Under the pieces are notes generated by a model. It was not told the DNA's origin, searched no databases, and worked only from the letters and a program-made list of their open reading frames with translations. The translations under genes were made by a program, and so were the position numbers. Shown here in pieces: positions 1 to 11,129 of a DNA stretch of 32,000 nt; position 1 is the first letter of the stretch; every line of letters starts with the position of its first letter. The stretch covers positions 990,001 through 1,022,000 of the forward strand of contig NZ_CP046577.1 of NCBI RefSeq assembly GCF_013365435.1. Direction: 5' to 3'. This stretch comes from Wolbachia endosymbiont of Litomosoides sigmodontis (GTDB lineage: Bacteria > Pseudomonadota > Alphaproteobacteria > Rickettsiales > Anaplasmataceae).

Positions 1-1
1 A

Positions 2-667
2 GCCCTGATCAAATCCGCATGGTCAGCAATCAAGGGTGATGACGTTACTTTGTTGCTTATTGATGTGAGTAATTATTTGGAAAATATAGAAAAAATCAAA
101 ACCATATTCGCACGGCTGCAGCACATGAAAACAAAGTGCATTTTGGTCGTTAACAAAATTGATCTGGTAAAAAAATCTGAGCTAAAGATGGCATACGAAC
201 ATCTGAATTTGCTTTATAAATTTGAAAAAACTTTCATAATATCAGCACTAAAGAGCGATGGACTTTCTGATTTGATGAATTACTTATCTAAAGTTGCACC
301 GGTAAGCCCTTGGTTTTATGGAGAAGATCAGGTGACTGATTCCTCAACGTGGTTTTTGTCAGCGGAAATTACAAGGGAAAAATTGTTCTTGAATTTGCGT
401 GAAGAATTGCCATATTCTGCAGCTATCAGGACCGAACAATTTGAAGAGAAAAAAGATGAAAGTTTAGTCATAAAACAAGTGATATTTGTACTGAAAGATA
501 GTCATAAAAAAATAGTGCTAGGGAAGAGTGGAAGTAATATTAAGAAAATTGGCATTGAAGCGCGTATTGAATTAGAAAAGTTATTTGAGCGTAAAGTTCA
601 TCTATTTTTGTTTGTGAAAGTGCGACCTTGGACTGATTGTCCTGAAGAATATATAGATGATGTTTAA
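2..667 (+). CDS. era: GTPase Era, C-terminal part (5' end lies upstream of the window)
   Basis: The frame is open from base 2 (ALIKSAWSAIKGDDVTLLLIDVS...), so the gene continues upstream and the track start at 50 is an internal TTG. It has the G4 motif NKID (LVVNKIDLV) and the C-terminal KH-domain signature VLGKSGSNIKKIG typical of Era. Confidence 0.9.
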   Translation, partial: ALIKSAWSAIKGDDVTLLLIDVSNYLENIEKIKTIFARLQHMKTKCILVVNKIDLVKKSELKMAYEHLNLLYKFEKTFIISALKSDGLSDLMNYLSKVAPVSPWFYGEDQVTDSSTWFLSAEITREKLFLNLREELPYSAAIRTEQFEEKKDESLVIKQVIFVLKDSHKKIVLGKSGSNIKKIGIEARIELEKLFERKVHLFLFVKVRPWTDCPEEYIDDV

Positions 668-1494
668 TCCTTTGTTGGCATTTGATATTTAAACTATACC
701 AGATGTAAATTCCTGCAGAGATTTGCTCAGTATTAGCGATGATAATAGTATAAAAGAGAAGAGAGGCGCGTTAACAAAATATTAACTCGTAATAATAAAT
801 GGACAAAACCCTTTCTGTATCAGAATTTTCACCAAGTTGAAGTCATTAATTTTTTAATTTGCAATCAACTTAACAAAGTGGTTATGAAGAACACTAGATT
901 TCAGTAAAAAAGAACTAGTAAAAGGATTTTTTAATTACATATCAGAGAAAAAAACAAGCTAATTTCCTTACAATAGATACACGTTTGAAATACCAATACT
1001 GAAATATTATGCTATGGTCCATAGCATTTAAGCAGAATAACTATAATCAAAGATATAGTAGTGGTTAGCATTGTGATTTACTTAAATCTTTCTCTGATTT
1101 TAAGCCTCTGCTAGAGTAAAAATGAATGAGATTTGCATAGCCGTTTAATTTTCTTGGAAAAATTAGAGCTGATTGCTTACAAGTTGTAGGCTTGTATAAT
1201 AGTAGAAAAATACAAGAAATTCAAGATTATTCTGAAGTAGAAGTAGTTAACACTTAATGGAAGAATCACTACCTAAAGCTACAACAAAAATGTAGAGGAG
1301 ATGCTTTTGGAATGCAAAAAGCGCACCTAAAACATTTTAAAGAGAAGTGGAGAATATACCTCCATATTCAGCCAAGCGGTGTGGAAGATAATAGGTAGAA
1401 GATTGTGAAAAAGATTTAGCTCATTTTATTTTTATGCTAAGTATGATAAAATTATCCATTCAAGGAATACATCTCCCTCATTCCAATTGAGGAA

Positions 1495-1774
1495 TATCAA
1501 TTATCATTGTTAATAAGCCAAATAATCAACATACAGAATTGCTTAATTGCAAAATTGAGAGAGAGGGTAATAAATTTGCACAAAGCATTTTCAATACAAA
1601 GCAATTGTACCATAGACTTTGCTACCATTTTATATATAATTAAAGCCTTTCAATAAGGCTAAGCTCTGATGAATATAGTGATAGATATATAATCTTAATA
1701 TTTTGAGGTACCTTTAAATTTTTTGACTTATGCTAATTAAAGCATACATGACAAGAAAGGTTTCTCATGTTCTT
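1495..1774 (-). repeat. Inverted partial copy (3' ~280 bp including the right terminus) of the IS630-like element, fused to the left end of copy A
   Basis: This is the reverse complement of about 2584-2875. It aligns end to end and is roughly four fifths identical by eye. The outer end TA|TCAATTATCATTGTTAATAAGCC mirrors the element's right terminus ...AACAATGAGAATTG. The inner end abuts the left terminus of copy A near 1775. Confidence 0.8.
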
Positions 1775-2875
1775 ACAATAATTCGCAACGTACAAGAAAA
1801 AGATTTTCAATAATAGAAAAGAAATCTTACTGAAGTAGGTAAAATAGCAAGATTTAAACGCTGTTAAAATCAAAATCATTGAATAAAAAAGCAGTGGAAT
1901 CAGCAAAAGAAATGCTGAAGAAAGTGCAAAATAACGCACATATTGTAAAAAACTAAATGCCGTAATTGCAGCAAAAAAGCACAGTATAATAGCACTGCAA
2001 AAATATATTACATTTCAAGAACAACACTAACTGCATGGATAACGTACCTAAAATTTGGAAGATAAGAAAATTGTTTACTCTTCCTCAACTTTATAAAAGA
2101 ATTAGATTGAGCTAGAGTCAATTTGAATAAGCTGAAGCATTAGATATAAGAAAACTTTAACATTATCATTTAAAGAAATGAGAATAAGAATCTAGGCAAA
2201 ATTTGCCTTGAATGTTAGGAAATCTACAGCACACCGTAATATGCAAAAATGAAGTTTTCACATATTACACTAGAATCAATTCATAATGAACAAAATAAAA
2301 AGCAGACAGGAAGAGTTAAAAAACTTAATAAGATTTTGATAAATATCATGAACAAGAATTATTTATCTTTGATGAATCTCGGTTTGGTACACATTCGAAA
2401 GTCAAAAGACACAGGTGATTTTAAAAAGGCATTAAAGCATAGATTAAAGTAAAATTAAGTAGACAAAATTTTTATCTCTACAGTGCAGTTAATTCTAGAA
2501 ATGGAGAGAGTTCTAGCTCACTTGCATCACGAATGTCAACACTAATTATATGAATGTATTTCCTGAACAAATGTTGCAATATTTAAGAATATGAAAAGCC
2601 TTTCTTGTCATGTATTATTTTAGTTAGCGCAAGTCAAAAATTTAAAAATACCTAAAAATATTAAGATTATATACCTACTGCCATATTCACCAGAATTCAA
2701 CCATATTGAGAGACTTTAGTTATATATAAAACAGAGCATTTTGTGTAATAAAGTCTATAATAGAATTACTTTGTTTGAGAGTGCTTTATACAAATTTATT
2801 ACCTTTTTTTAACTTTGCAATTAAACAATTTTACAATGTCACTTATTTGACTCACTAACAATGAGAATTGTTATC
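1775..2875 (+). mobile_element. Degenerate IS630/Tc1-mariner-family insertion sequence, copy A (transposase pseudogene)
   Basis: The left terminus is AATAATTCGCAACGTACAAG (compare copy F TACTAATTCTCACTATACAAG) and the right terminus is CTCACTAACAATGAGAATTG. Transposase-like peptide segments are scattered over different frames with stops. For example, IFDESRFGTHSK (DDE region) reads at 2365-2400, while the adjoining ...FKKALKHRLK piece is in the frame of track ORF 2249-2452. EFNHIERL, a decayed ELNPIE motif, reads at about 2693-2716. There is no intact ORF. Confidence 0.85.
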
Positions 2876-3291
2876 AGTATTCTTTATCTGTATCTATTAA
2901 GTTAAATATATATTACTAATAACTTCACCATACAATAACTATTGTAATATAAGTAATACAGAAAATATAGCAAGTATCTTATGCTAGCCATAAAAATTAG
3001 TGCAAATCCTACTTTAAAACGTAAATAATCCACTAACACTCGTGCACAAATTTAAAATAAATTATGTACGAGTGTAGCGCTATAAACCGAGGATGTTATA
3101 TTAAAGCTTACCTCACTATTAAAGCTATCGGTCAGATTAGATTAAAAACCTAACCTGACCGATTCCCTATAACCTCATGACCATGATATAACTATATAAT
3201 AATTAGTTTAATTAGTAGTTAAGAGCAATTACAAGAGAATTGATTTTATTTACACATTAAGGTATTATAGGCTACATTAATTTAAATTACT

Positions 3292-4842
3292 GTGCAACTC
3301 TACAAATCTTCACTGTTACTTCTGCTAACTATATTAATGATTATAGTTCTAAAACTACCTGAAGTCATAGTAAATTGGTCTTACCCAGCCTTAAATTTTG
3401 ACCTATCTTTCCGCATCATACCAATATCTTTTTTATCAGCCGCATTTCTAATTGTCTTACCAGCAAAAAATTTTAGCTTTTCAGAAGTGCTATCCTTTTT
3501 TGCTTATACTATTAGTTCACTGTGTGCAATGTTATCTAAGCAAATAATATCGGTTATAATATTCTGTGAATTAATGGCCATCAGTGCATCTTTTATTATC
3601 GCAGCAAGTTGCAAAGATAACGGACCTGCAATGAGATACGCTTGTGTACACTTTTTTGTCGGCATTATACTAACAGCAGGACTAGCAATCCAAAATCCCA
3701 ATCTAATAATCATGGGCCTATTAATAAATTGTGCCTGTTTTCCTTTTTCATTCTGGGTTGTTGATGCATACCCTGCTGCGTCATTGCACGGTGCATCATA
3801 CCTTTCCCTATTTACTACTAAGATTTCCTTTTTAGTAGCACTTCTTCATACCTACAACCTTTGGCAAGATCATGCTAAAATATTAGCATTCTTAGGCACT
3901 ATCACTGCAATTTATGCTATTATATTTACTTCCCTTGAACAAAACATTCGTAGATTCTTAGCCTATAACGTCGTAGGACAAATGGGCATGCTAATTATGG
4001 AAGGGAGTTTACTTAGCCACTCAGAAAATGCTGTATCACTACTTGTGCTTAACATAATTTTCTCCATCGCTTATCAATTATTGTTTATTGCTGTTGCCCA
4101 TTCGATTATTTTACGGACAAAAGCAGTGGATTTTAATAGAGCAGGTAAATTCATGTCAGCGGAAGGAATGTATACTCTGATTGCCATACTTACAATGGCC
4201 GCATTTCCAGGAACTGCTGGATTTATCAGCAAATCATACATTACAGCCGAAATTAAAACGAATGGTGCTGATTTAGAATTGTATAAAAACTTACACAAGA
4301 TTTTGAATTTATTACTTTATTTAAGTGTGGGAATTAAGTTTCTTTATTATATGTTTATCGCCAAAAGCAGATCAAAAATTTTAGCAGACAAAGGGGGAGA
4401 AGCATCCATGGTTGTCTTAACATTTATATGTGTGATTGTTGGCAATCCTTACTTACCTATTTACAATAGGTCATCAATTTTTAATTTTGCATACAACATA
4501 AAAAACATCTGGTTGCAATTCAATTTACTACTATGTACTACTTTGCTATTTATTCCTTTACGCAAGTTATTTTTACCAAGAATAAATTTTAAAATGGATA
4601 CCGATTGGATCTTCAGAGCTCTCATACCCTATGTTATTTCATTATTCAATAAATTAATTTTCAAAATAAGAAAAATATCTGCTGTTGCATTGCAAAACTT
4701 GACCAATTCACTTACTAATTTATACTTTAATAATACTACTAAACTTAAAGAAGCACTAAATTATAATTCAGTAAGTTTTGTTTCAACTTCTTCTCTTTTT
4801 TTGATAAGTATTTTATTAGTGCTGTTATGTTTAAATCGTTAA
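3292..4842 (+). CDS. Proton-conducting antiporter-type membrane subunit (MrpD/MnhD-like or NuoN-like, Proton_antipo_M family)
   Basis: This is a 516-codon, very hydrophobic ORF. Segments LAYNVVGQMGMLIM and AAFPGTAGFISKSYI resemble the LAYSS..Q.G and G.P...GF.SK consensus of ND2/ND4/ND5-type antiporter subunits. It has a GTG start, and its 3' end overlaps ffh by 16 nt. The exact subunit identity cannot be resolved without a search. Confidence 0.65.
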   Translation: MQLYKSSLLLLLTILMIIVLKLPEVIVNWSYPALNFDLSFRIIPISFLSAAFLIVLPAKNFSFSEVLSFFAYTISSLCAMLSKQIISVIIFCELMAISASFIIAASCKDNGPAMRYACVHFFVGIILTAGLAIQNPNLIIMGLLINCACFPFSFWVVDAYPAASLHGASYLSLFTTKISFLVALLHTYNLWQDHAKILAFLGTITAIYAIIFTSLEQNIRRFLAYNVVGQMGMLIMEGSLLSHSENAVSLLVLNIIFSIAYQLLFIAVAHSIILRTKAVDFNRAGKFMSAEGMYTLIAILTMAAFPGTAGFISKSYITAEIKTNGADLELYKNLHKILNLLLYLSVGIKFLYYMFIAKSRSKILADKGGEASMVVLTFICVIVGNPYLPIYNRSSIFNFAYNIKNIWLQFNLLLCTTLLFIPLRKLFLPRINFKMDTDWIFRALIPYVISLFNKLIFKIRKISAVALQNLTNSLTNLYFNNTTKLKEALNYNSVSFVSTSSLFLISILLVLLCLNR

Positions 4843-6170
4843 CTGAAAGTTTAAATTCTGCATTTAATAAGCTCAAGGGAAAGTCTATCATTTCTGAAGA
4901 TGACTTCAACCTTGTTATACGTGAAATACGCATAGCTTTAATTGAAGCTGATGTTTCCCTTGAAGTCGCAAAAAAATTTATTAAAGACATTAAAGATAAA
5001 GTAATAGGAGAAAAAGTCATAAAAAGTGTTTCTCCAGCACAAATGATAATTAAAGTTGTGCAGGATAATTTAATTGCAATTCTTGGATCAGAAAAAAGTG
5101 ATCTAAATCTTGCAGCCAAACCCCCTGCTGTAATTATGATGGTGGGCTTGCAAGGTGCAGGTAAAACAACTACCTCAGGAAAGCTTGCTTTAAAGCTAAA
5201 AAAACAAAAGAAAAAAGTGATGCTTGCCTCTTTAGACATTTACAGGCCTGCTGCTCAAAAACAACTTGAAGTACTTGGAAAACAAATAGATGTGCAAACT
5301 TTATCTACAGCAACAGATGAGAAGCCTATTACAATTACAAAAAAGGCACTAGCGGCAGCAAAAAATGATAATTATGATGTATTGATACTAGATACTGCGG
5401 GTAGACTTCACATAGATAACAATATGATGAATGAATTAAAAGCTGTGAAGAAAATAGCTTCACCTATAGAAGTTATTTTAGTAGCAGATGCGATGATTGG
5501 TCAGGACGCAGTAAATATAGCCAAATCATTCAATGAAATAATAGGTATAACCGGTATTATTCTCACTCGTGTTGATGGCGACGCACGTGGCGGTACTGCC
5601 CTTTCTATGAAAATGGTAACTAACTGCCCAATTAAGTTCATTGCTTGCGGTGAGAAGCTAAGCGACCTTGATGATTTCTACCCTGATAGAATTGCAAAAA
5701 GGATACTTGATATGGGCGATGTTATCTCATTGGTTGAAAGAGCTGCCGAGATCGTTGGTCAGGAAGAAATTGACAAATTACAAAAGAAAGTAAAAAAAGG
5801 CAAATTTGACTTAAATGACTTGGTAAAAATGTTAAAAACCCTAAAAAAAATGGATGGCATCACTAATATAATGAAATTCATTCCAAGCTCATTTACAAAA
5901 AAGCTAAGCAGTGGAGTACCAGATGATAGCAAAGTGAAAAAATATATAGCTATCATAAATTCGATGACTGAAAAAGAAAGGCAAAATCCAGCTGTTTTAA
6001 ATAGCAAGAGAAGGCTTAGAATCGCAAAGGGCTCTGGTACAAGAGTACAGGATGTTAATCTTTTAATTAAACAATACGCTCAAATGAGCGCAATGGTTAA
6101 TAAGTTTAGTAAAGTTGACCACAGCAAATTTAAAGAATCTGATTTAATAGATATACTAAGCAGAAAGTAG
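4827..6170 (+). CDS. ffh: Signal recognition particle protein Ffh
   Basis: It has the canonical N-terminus MFKSLTESLNSAFNKLKG. The SRP54 GTPase motifs GLQGAGKTTT, DTAGR and TRVDGDARGG are present, followed by a Met/Lys-rich M domain. Confidence 0.97.
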   Translation: MFKSLTESLNSAFNKLKGKSIISEDDFNLVIREIRIALIEADVSLEVAKKFIKDIKDKVIGEKVIKSVSPAQMIIKVVQDNLIAILGSEKSDLNLAAKPPAVIMMVGLQGAGKTTTSGKLALKLKKQKKKVMLASLDIYRPAAQKQLEVLGKQIDVQTLSTATDEKPITITKKALAAAKNDNYDVLILDTAGRLHIDNNMMNELKAVKKIASPIEVILVADAMIGQDAVNIAKSFNEIIGITGIILTRVDGDARGGTALSMKMVTNCPIKFIACGEKLSDLDDFYPDRIAKRILDMGDVISLVERAAEIVGQEEIDKLQKKVKKGKFDLNDLVKMLKTLKKMDGITNIMKFIPSSFTKKLSSGVPDDSKVKKYIAIINSMTEKERQNPAVLNSKRRLRIAKGSGTRVQDVNLLIKQYAQMSAMVNKFSKVDHSKFKESDLIDILSRK

Positions 6171-6902
6171 AGCAGCTTTTTTTGGTGCTAATAAGCATGT
6201 AAAAAGCCATTAAGCTTGAATTCTCCTTCTATACTCACTCAGAACTTGGACTCTCTATTGTAACAATAGTGGCTCAGTTTTAACTTCCCCATCAACTTTT
6301 TCTTTTACCTCTTCCATGTTGTTATCAATAACCATAACTACAAGCAAAAACTTCTTTATAAGCTCCTTAAGTACTACTATAGGCATTCTTTTAAAAATCA
6401 ATGATTCTACTTTTTATTAATTCTTTTATAATCAGCCGTTGTCTCTTGTTTTGAAGTATTTCTATTACTTTATCTAATTACGAGCATTCTTTACTGCACC
6501 CTCCTTTCTCTGACTCACCAGCATCCATAATAGATTTAAGTAACTTCCTATATAACCTACCGAAATTATTCTCTCTTGGTTAAACCATAGGTAATTAATC
6601 GATAAAGTCTTTAAGTGAATTTTTCACTGTTTTCCCTACTTCAATCACCCATTCCTTTATTTCTTCACCAGCTTTTCTTATTTTTGCATAACACACTCCA
6701 ATAATTACAAGCCTATTAATGTAGTAAGCACAATAAGTGAAGAAAACATCACTCCCAATTACCACCACAGGAGAAGCTATTATAATTTTTTCATTTGTAG
6801 ATACTGATTAAAAATAGTCAACCAGAATTATTTAATGGGCTTTTATTACTATTTATAACATTACTTATTGCCTTATGCTCAACAGATTTTAGCACATTCT
6901 CC

Positions 6903-7752
6903 ATTACTTCTCATATTAATGAGATCATAGAAAAATGGACAGACAATAATGAAAAAGAGTCATGCTGAAGCAAGTAAAATAGCAAAATTTAAATAACATT
7001 GAAATTATTAGATAAAAAAAGTCGTGGAATCAGCAAAAGAAATGCTATTTAATCAAGATTAATTTGAAGCATGGATGCAAGAAAATCTTAATATTACTAT
7101 TAAAAAAATGAGAAATAAGAATCAAAAAAAACTTAGCTTGAATGTCAGCAAGACTACAATAAATCACAATATACAAAAAATGAAGTTTTCGTATATTACG
7201 CCAAGACCAATTCACAATGAACAAGAGTTATTCATCTTTGATAAATCGTGATTTTGCACACATTCAAAAGCTAAATACGGGTTAGTTTAAAAATGGCGTT
7301 AGAGCATGGATTAAAGTAAAATTAGGCAAATAAAATTTTTATCCTTACAGGGCAGTTAATCTTAGAAATGGAGAGAGTTACAGCTTATTTTTACCGGACT
7401 ATCAATACTGATTATATTAATATATTTCTTGAATAAATGTCGCAATATTTAAGAACAAGAGAAGCCTTTCTTATCATGGATGATGTAGTGAGCATAAGTC
7501 AAAAAATTTAAAGGTACCAAAAATATCGAGACTATATACTTATTCCAGATTACCAGAGCTCAATCCTATTGAGAAACTTTAGTTGTATATAAAATAGAAT
7601 ATTTTGCGTAATAAAGTCTATAATATCACTACTTTAATATAATTGTTTTGCTTGAGAGCACTTTATATAAATTTATCACTTCTCTTTTTCACTCCGCAAT
7701 TAAACAATTATGTAATATCACTTATTTGATGTATTAACAATGAGAACTAGTA
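6903..7752 (+). mobile_element. Degenerate IS630-family insertion sequence, copy B (internally deleted, no inverted left arm)
   Basis: It belongs to the same family as copy A. The left terminus is ..ATTACTTCTCATATTAATG and the right terminus is TATTAACAATGAGAACTAG|TA. Relative to copy F it has two internal deletions: one after ...GCAAAAGAAATGCT, and one between CACAATGAACAAG and AGTTATTCATCTTTGAT. ELNPIEKL is readable at 7556-7579, and many stops are present. Confidence 0.85.
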
Positions 7753-7935
7753 TAAAATAAAAAAAATCTCTTTAATAAAAGACCTTTTTCTTAAGCAGCT
7801 AACACACAAAAATTTAGTTGATGCATAATTACTTACTTACTATAAAGTTAACTTATTAAACTTTAGTAAAGTAAATCAAGAATTTATAAAGATATTGTTT
7901 TTTATAAATAAATTACCTATAATTTTAAGTTTGAG

Positions 7936-9156
7936 GTGAGGTTGATGCTACAGAGAAATTTCTCAATATGGTTGTTAACATCGCTGTTCTACGCATACCA
8001 ATATGTATTACGTGTAATTCCAAACATAATTGCACCTGAATTAATAACGAAGTTTAACATAAGCATTACGGATGTTGGTCAATTTGGAGGCCTATACTAT
8101 ATAGGCTACACATTTACTCATATACCTGTCGGTCTTGCCCTTGACAAGTTTGGGCCAAAATTTGTCTTGCCTACATGTATTGTTTTAACGTCTGTTGGAA
8201 CATTGCCGCTCATATGTTTTGATGAGTGGTATTACTCAATGCTCGGTAGGGTAATTGTTGGAGTAGGATCATCTGCTTCAGCGATTGGAATCTTTAAAAT
8301 TGCGAGCATGTATTTTTCGCAGGAAAAATCAGCAAGAATGGTCAGTTTATCTATAATAATAGGATTACTTGGAGCTATTTATGGCGGATTACCCCTGGAT
8401 TTCTTATTTAGCAAGTTTGGTTGGGATTATGTTATATATGCTTTCTCAGCGTTTGGTTGCTTACTTGCCTTGCTGCTATTCTTTATAACGCCAAACAATA
8501 GTACAGAGAAAAATGTAAGTAATAATGTATTTCAAGATTTAAAAACTGTGCTTTTTAACAAAAATATCATGCTGATCAGCTTTTTTGGTGGCTTAATGGT
8601 TGGCCCGTTAGAGGGTTTTGCTGATGGGTGGGCAAAGGCATTCTTATGTGAAGTATATCAAATAACCGGAGACTTAGCTTCTTCACTTTCTTCTCTCATG
8701 TTTATAGGCACGGGAGCTGGGTCATTATTTTTAGCTTACTTTCTAGAGAAGTATCCAAATAGGTACTACGAAGCAATTATTGTGTGTTCTCTTACAATGA
8801 TCGCCAGTTTTCTCTTGCTTTTCACACAGATTGGAGGTTTATATGCCGTATTCCCTACACTTCTTATTGTCGGCTTTGCATCTGGATACCAGGCATTTAT
8901 TATTTGTAAAGCAATAAGTTATGTAAACAATAGCTTGGTAGGCATAGCTACAGCTATGTCGAACATGATAGTTATGGTTTTTGGTTATTTTTTTCACACT
9001 GGAATCGCAAAAATAGTAGATTTATACTGGGATAGAACGGTAATACAAGGAAATCCTATATATGGTATTGAGCTGCTAATAAAGGCAATCTCAATTATTC
9101 CTATATGTTTACTTTTGGCTGTTTTTGGATTCGTTTGGTTAAAGAAAAGGTTTTAA
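7936..9156 (+). CDS. Major facilitator superfamily transporter, substrate unknown
   Basis: This is a 406-codon ORF with about 12 hydrophobic segments and an MFS-like N-terminal region (..FYAYQYVLRVIPN.., GGLYYIGYTF). The SD-like GAGGTGAGG at 7933-7941 suggests that the ATG at 7945 may be the real start rather than the GTG at 7936. Confidence 0.75.
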   Translation: MRLMLQRNFSIWLLTSLFYAYQYVLRVIPNIIAPELITKFNISITDVGQFGGLYYIGYTFTHIPVGLALDKFGPKFVLPTCIVLTSVGTLPLICFDEWYYSMLGRVIVGVGSSASAIGIFKIASMYFSQEKSARMVSLSIIIGLLGAIYGGLPLDFLFSKFGWDYVIYAFSAFGCLLALLLFFITPNNSTEKNVSNNVFQDLKTVLFNKNIMLISFFGGLMVGPLEGFADGWAKAFLCEVYQITGDLASSLSSLMFIGTGAGSLFLAYFLEKYPNRYYEAIIVCSLTMIASFLLLFTQIGGLYAVFPTLLIVGFASGYQAFIICKAISYVNNSLVGIATAMSNMIVMVFGYFFHTGIAKIVDLYWDRTVIQGNPIYGIELLIKAISIIPICLLLAVFGFVWLKKRF

Positions 9157-9205
9157 AGCTACTCGTGATATTTTAGTATTATTAAATTAAAGTGGAGTCT
9201 TACCT

Positions 9206-10483
9206 ATGACAAGTGTTTCAGAGAGAATCTGTAATTCTAAAAGAAATTTAAAATTTTTCGATGATGAGATTTATCAATCTATAAAGAAAGAGTTGCAGCG
9301 TCAAAGATCACAATTGCAACTGATTGCATCAGAAAATTTTGTAAGTAAAGCAGTAATGGAAGCACAAGGTTCTTTTCTGACTAATAAATATGCAGAGGGC
9401 TATCCAGGCAAAAGGTATTACTGTGGTTGTGAATATGTAGATGAAGTTGAAAATTTAGCTATAGAAAGACTCTGTAAGCTATTTGATATTAGATTTGCAA
9501 ATGTTCAACTTCACTCTGGTTCTCAAGCAAATCAAGCGATATTTGCTTCACTACTTACTCCAGGAGATACAATACTTGGGTTATCACTAAGTTGCGGAGG
9601 ACATTTAACTCATGGCGCAGCACCAAGCCTTTCTGGCAAGTGGTTTAAATCGATTCAATACACAGTTGATCAAGGCACTTATCTGCTCAACATGGACGAA
9701 GTGGAAAGGCTAGCACTTGAACATAAGCCAAAATTGATTATAGCTGGTGCTTCTGCTTACCCAAAAAAAATAGATTTCAAGCGTTTTCGCGAGATTGCAG
9801 ATAAAGTTGGTGCATATTTACTTGCAGATATTGCTCACTATGCCGGACTTATTGCAGCAGGTGAATACCCTTCACCTGCTGAGTATGCGCATATTATAAC
9901 TTCCACGACTCATAAAACTCTACGTGGTCCTCGCGGTGGAGTGGTAATGACAAATGATGAAGTACTACACAAAAAAGTTCAATCTACAGTTTTTCCAGGA
10001 TTGCAAGGTGGACCTCTTATGCACGTGATAGCTGCAAAAGCCGTTGCATTTAAAGAGGCATTGGCACCAGAGTTTAAAGCATATATCAAAAGAGTTGTGG
10101 AAAATGCAAAAGTGCTAGCTCAAGAATTGCAAAAGCATGGACTGAGCGTTATAACTGGTGGCACTGACTCCCATATAGTACTAGTTGACTTAAGATCACA
10201 AAAATTGACTGGAAAAGGCACTGTAGATAGCCTTGAAAGGGCTGGTATTACCTGCAATAAGAATTCTATACCATTTGACACGGAAAAACCCACTATTACT
10301 TCAGGGCTGCGTTTTGGTACTGCTGCTGAGACAACACGCGGACTTAGAGCAGAGCATTTTAAAGAAATAGCTAACCTAATAAATGAAGTGATTCATGGGT
10401 TGATTAACGGAAACAGCACAGATATTGAGGAAATAGTAAAAAATAAAGTTAAAGAGATTTGCGATGATTTCCCTATTTATTAA
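9206..10483 (+). CDS. glyA: Serine hydroxymethyltransferase
   Basis: The ORF is full length. It has the PLP-lysine motif [14 protein letters not shown] and the N-terminal [13 protein letters not shown] at 9194-9197 lies 8 nt upstream of the ATG. Confidence 0.97.
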   Translation: MTSVSERICNSKRNLKFFDDEIYQSIKKELQRQRSQLQLIASENFVSKAVMEAQGSFLTNKYAEGYPGKRYYCGCEYVDEVENLAIERLCKLFDIRFANVQLHSGSQANQAIFASLLTPGDTILGLSLSCGGHLTHGAAPSLSGKWFKSIQYTVDQGTYLLNMDEVERLALEHKPKLIIAGASAYPKKIDFKRFREIADKVGAYLLADIAHYAGLIAAGEYPSPAEYAHIITSTTHKTLRGPRGGVVMTNDEVLHKKVQSTVFPGLQGGPLMHVIAAKAVAFKEALAPEFKAYIKRVVENAKVLAQELQKHGLSVITGGTDSHIVLVDLRSQKLTGKGTVDSLERAGITCNKNSIPFDTEKPTITSGLRFGTAAETTRGLRAEHFKEIANLINEVIHGLINGNSTDIEEIVKNKVKEICDDFPIY

Positions 10484-10769
10484 TAGTCGCTCTAAGCTAT
10501 AAGAGCTGCAAAAAATCACTTGATAAACCCTGACAATTTTCTTGTCAATGATAATTGGGTATTCAATCATCTTCAATTTATATAGATTAAGCAACGAAAC
10601 CATTATGTGATTTGTACCTTACATTTAATTTTTTGCACCATGTACACTTTATACTTTCATAACATTTCTCCGGTCTTTATCTATATAAGCTGAAATGCAC
10701 TTATAAAGTGTTCAAGGTCCGTATAGTACACTAATTTACAAGATTAGAGAGTAAAATAATACTATCTAA

Positions 10770-11129
10770 TACCAATTCTTACTGTTAAATAAGCCAAATA
10801 AATGACTTGCAGAAGCATCTAATTGCAGAGTGAAAAATAAAGTTAATAAATTTGCGCAAAGTGTTCTCAAGCAAAGCAATTGTATTACAGATTTTATCAT
10901 ACGAAACGCTCTGTTTTATATATAATCAAAGTCTCTAATAGGATTAAGTTCAGGTGTGAGTATGATGGCAGGTACATAATCTCAATATTTTTTTAGATAC
11001 CTTTAAATTTTTTGACTTATTCCAACTAGTACAACCTATGATAAAAAAAGTTTCTCATAGTCTTAAATATTGTAACATCTGTTCAAGAAATATATTCATA
11101 CAACCAGTGTTAACATTTAGTATAAATAA
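10770..11129 (-). repeat. Inverted partial copy (3' ~360 bp) of the IS630-like element, fused to the left end of copy C
   Basis: This is the reverse complement of about 11795-12154, alignable throughout but clearly diverged. The outer end TA|CCAATTCTTACTGTTAAATAAGCC mirrors the right terminus. The inner end (..GTATAAATAA) abuts the left terminus TACCAATTTACACTGTACAAG at 11130. Confidence 0.8.

Noticed and set aside
1733-1939. 68-codon minus-strand ORFs inside IS copies (1733-1939, 11137-11343, 27590-27796) that resemble each other
   Set aside because: Their similarity comes from lying antisense to the same conserved 5' region of the IS. They are hydrophobic low-complexity translations and not independent genes.
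2249-2452. Plus-strand ORFs 2249-2452, 27394-27627 and 30668-30907 as possible intact small transposase genes
   Set aside because: They are fragments of the IS630-like transposase. Neighbouring conserved peptide blocks are in other frames and interrupted by stops, so they are called as part of pseudogenised IS copies.
4745-5239. 164-codon minus-strand ORF overlapping the ffh 5' region, plus 5759-6007 (-), 3504-3713 (-) and 4074-4298 (-)
   Set aside because: All are antisense to strongly supported genes (ffh and the antiporter subunit) and have no recognisable domains.
6171-6200. Possible intrinsic terminator after ffh (AGCAGC-TTTTTTT-GGTGCT)
   Set aside because: The stem is only 5 of 6 bp, and the T-run sits in the loop rather than after the stem. 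This is not a canonical terminator.
10376-10603. 75-codon minus-strand ORF overlapping the glyA 3' end
   Set aside because: It overlaps the conserved glyA C-terminus in antisense, has no motif, and is likely spurious.
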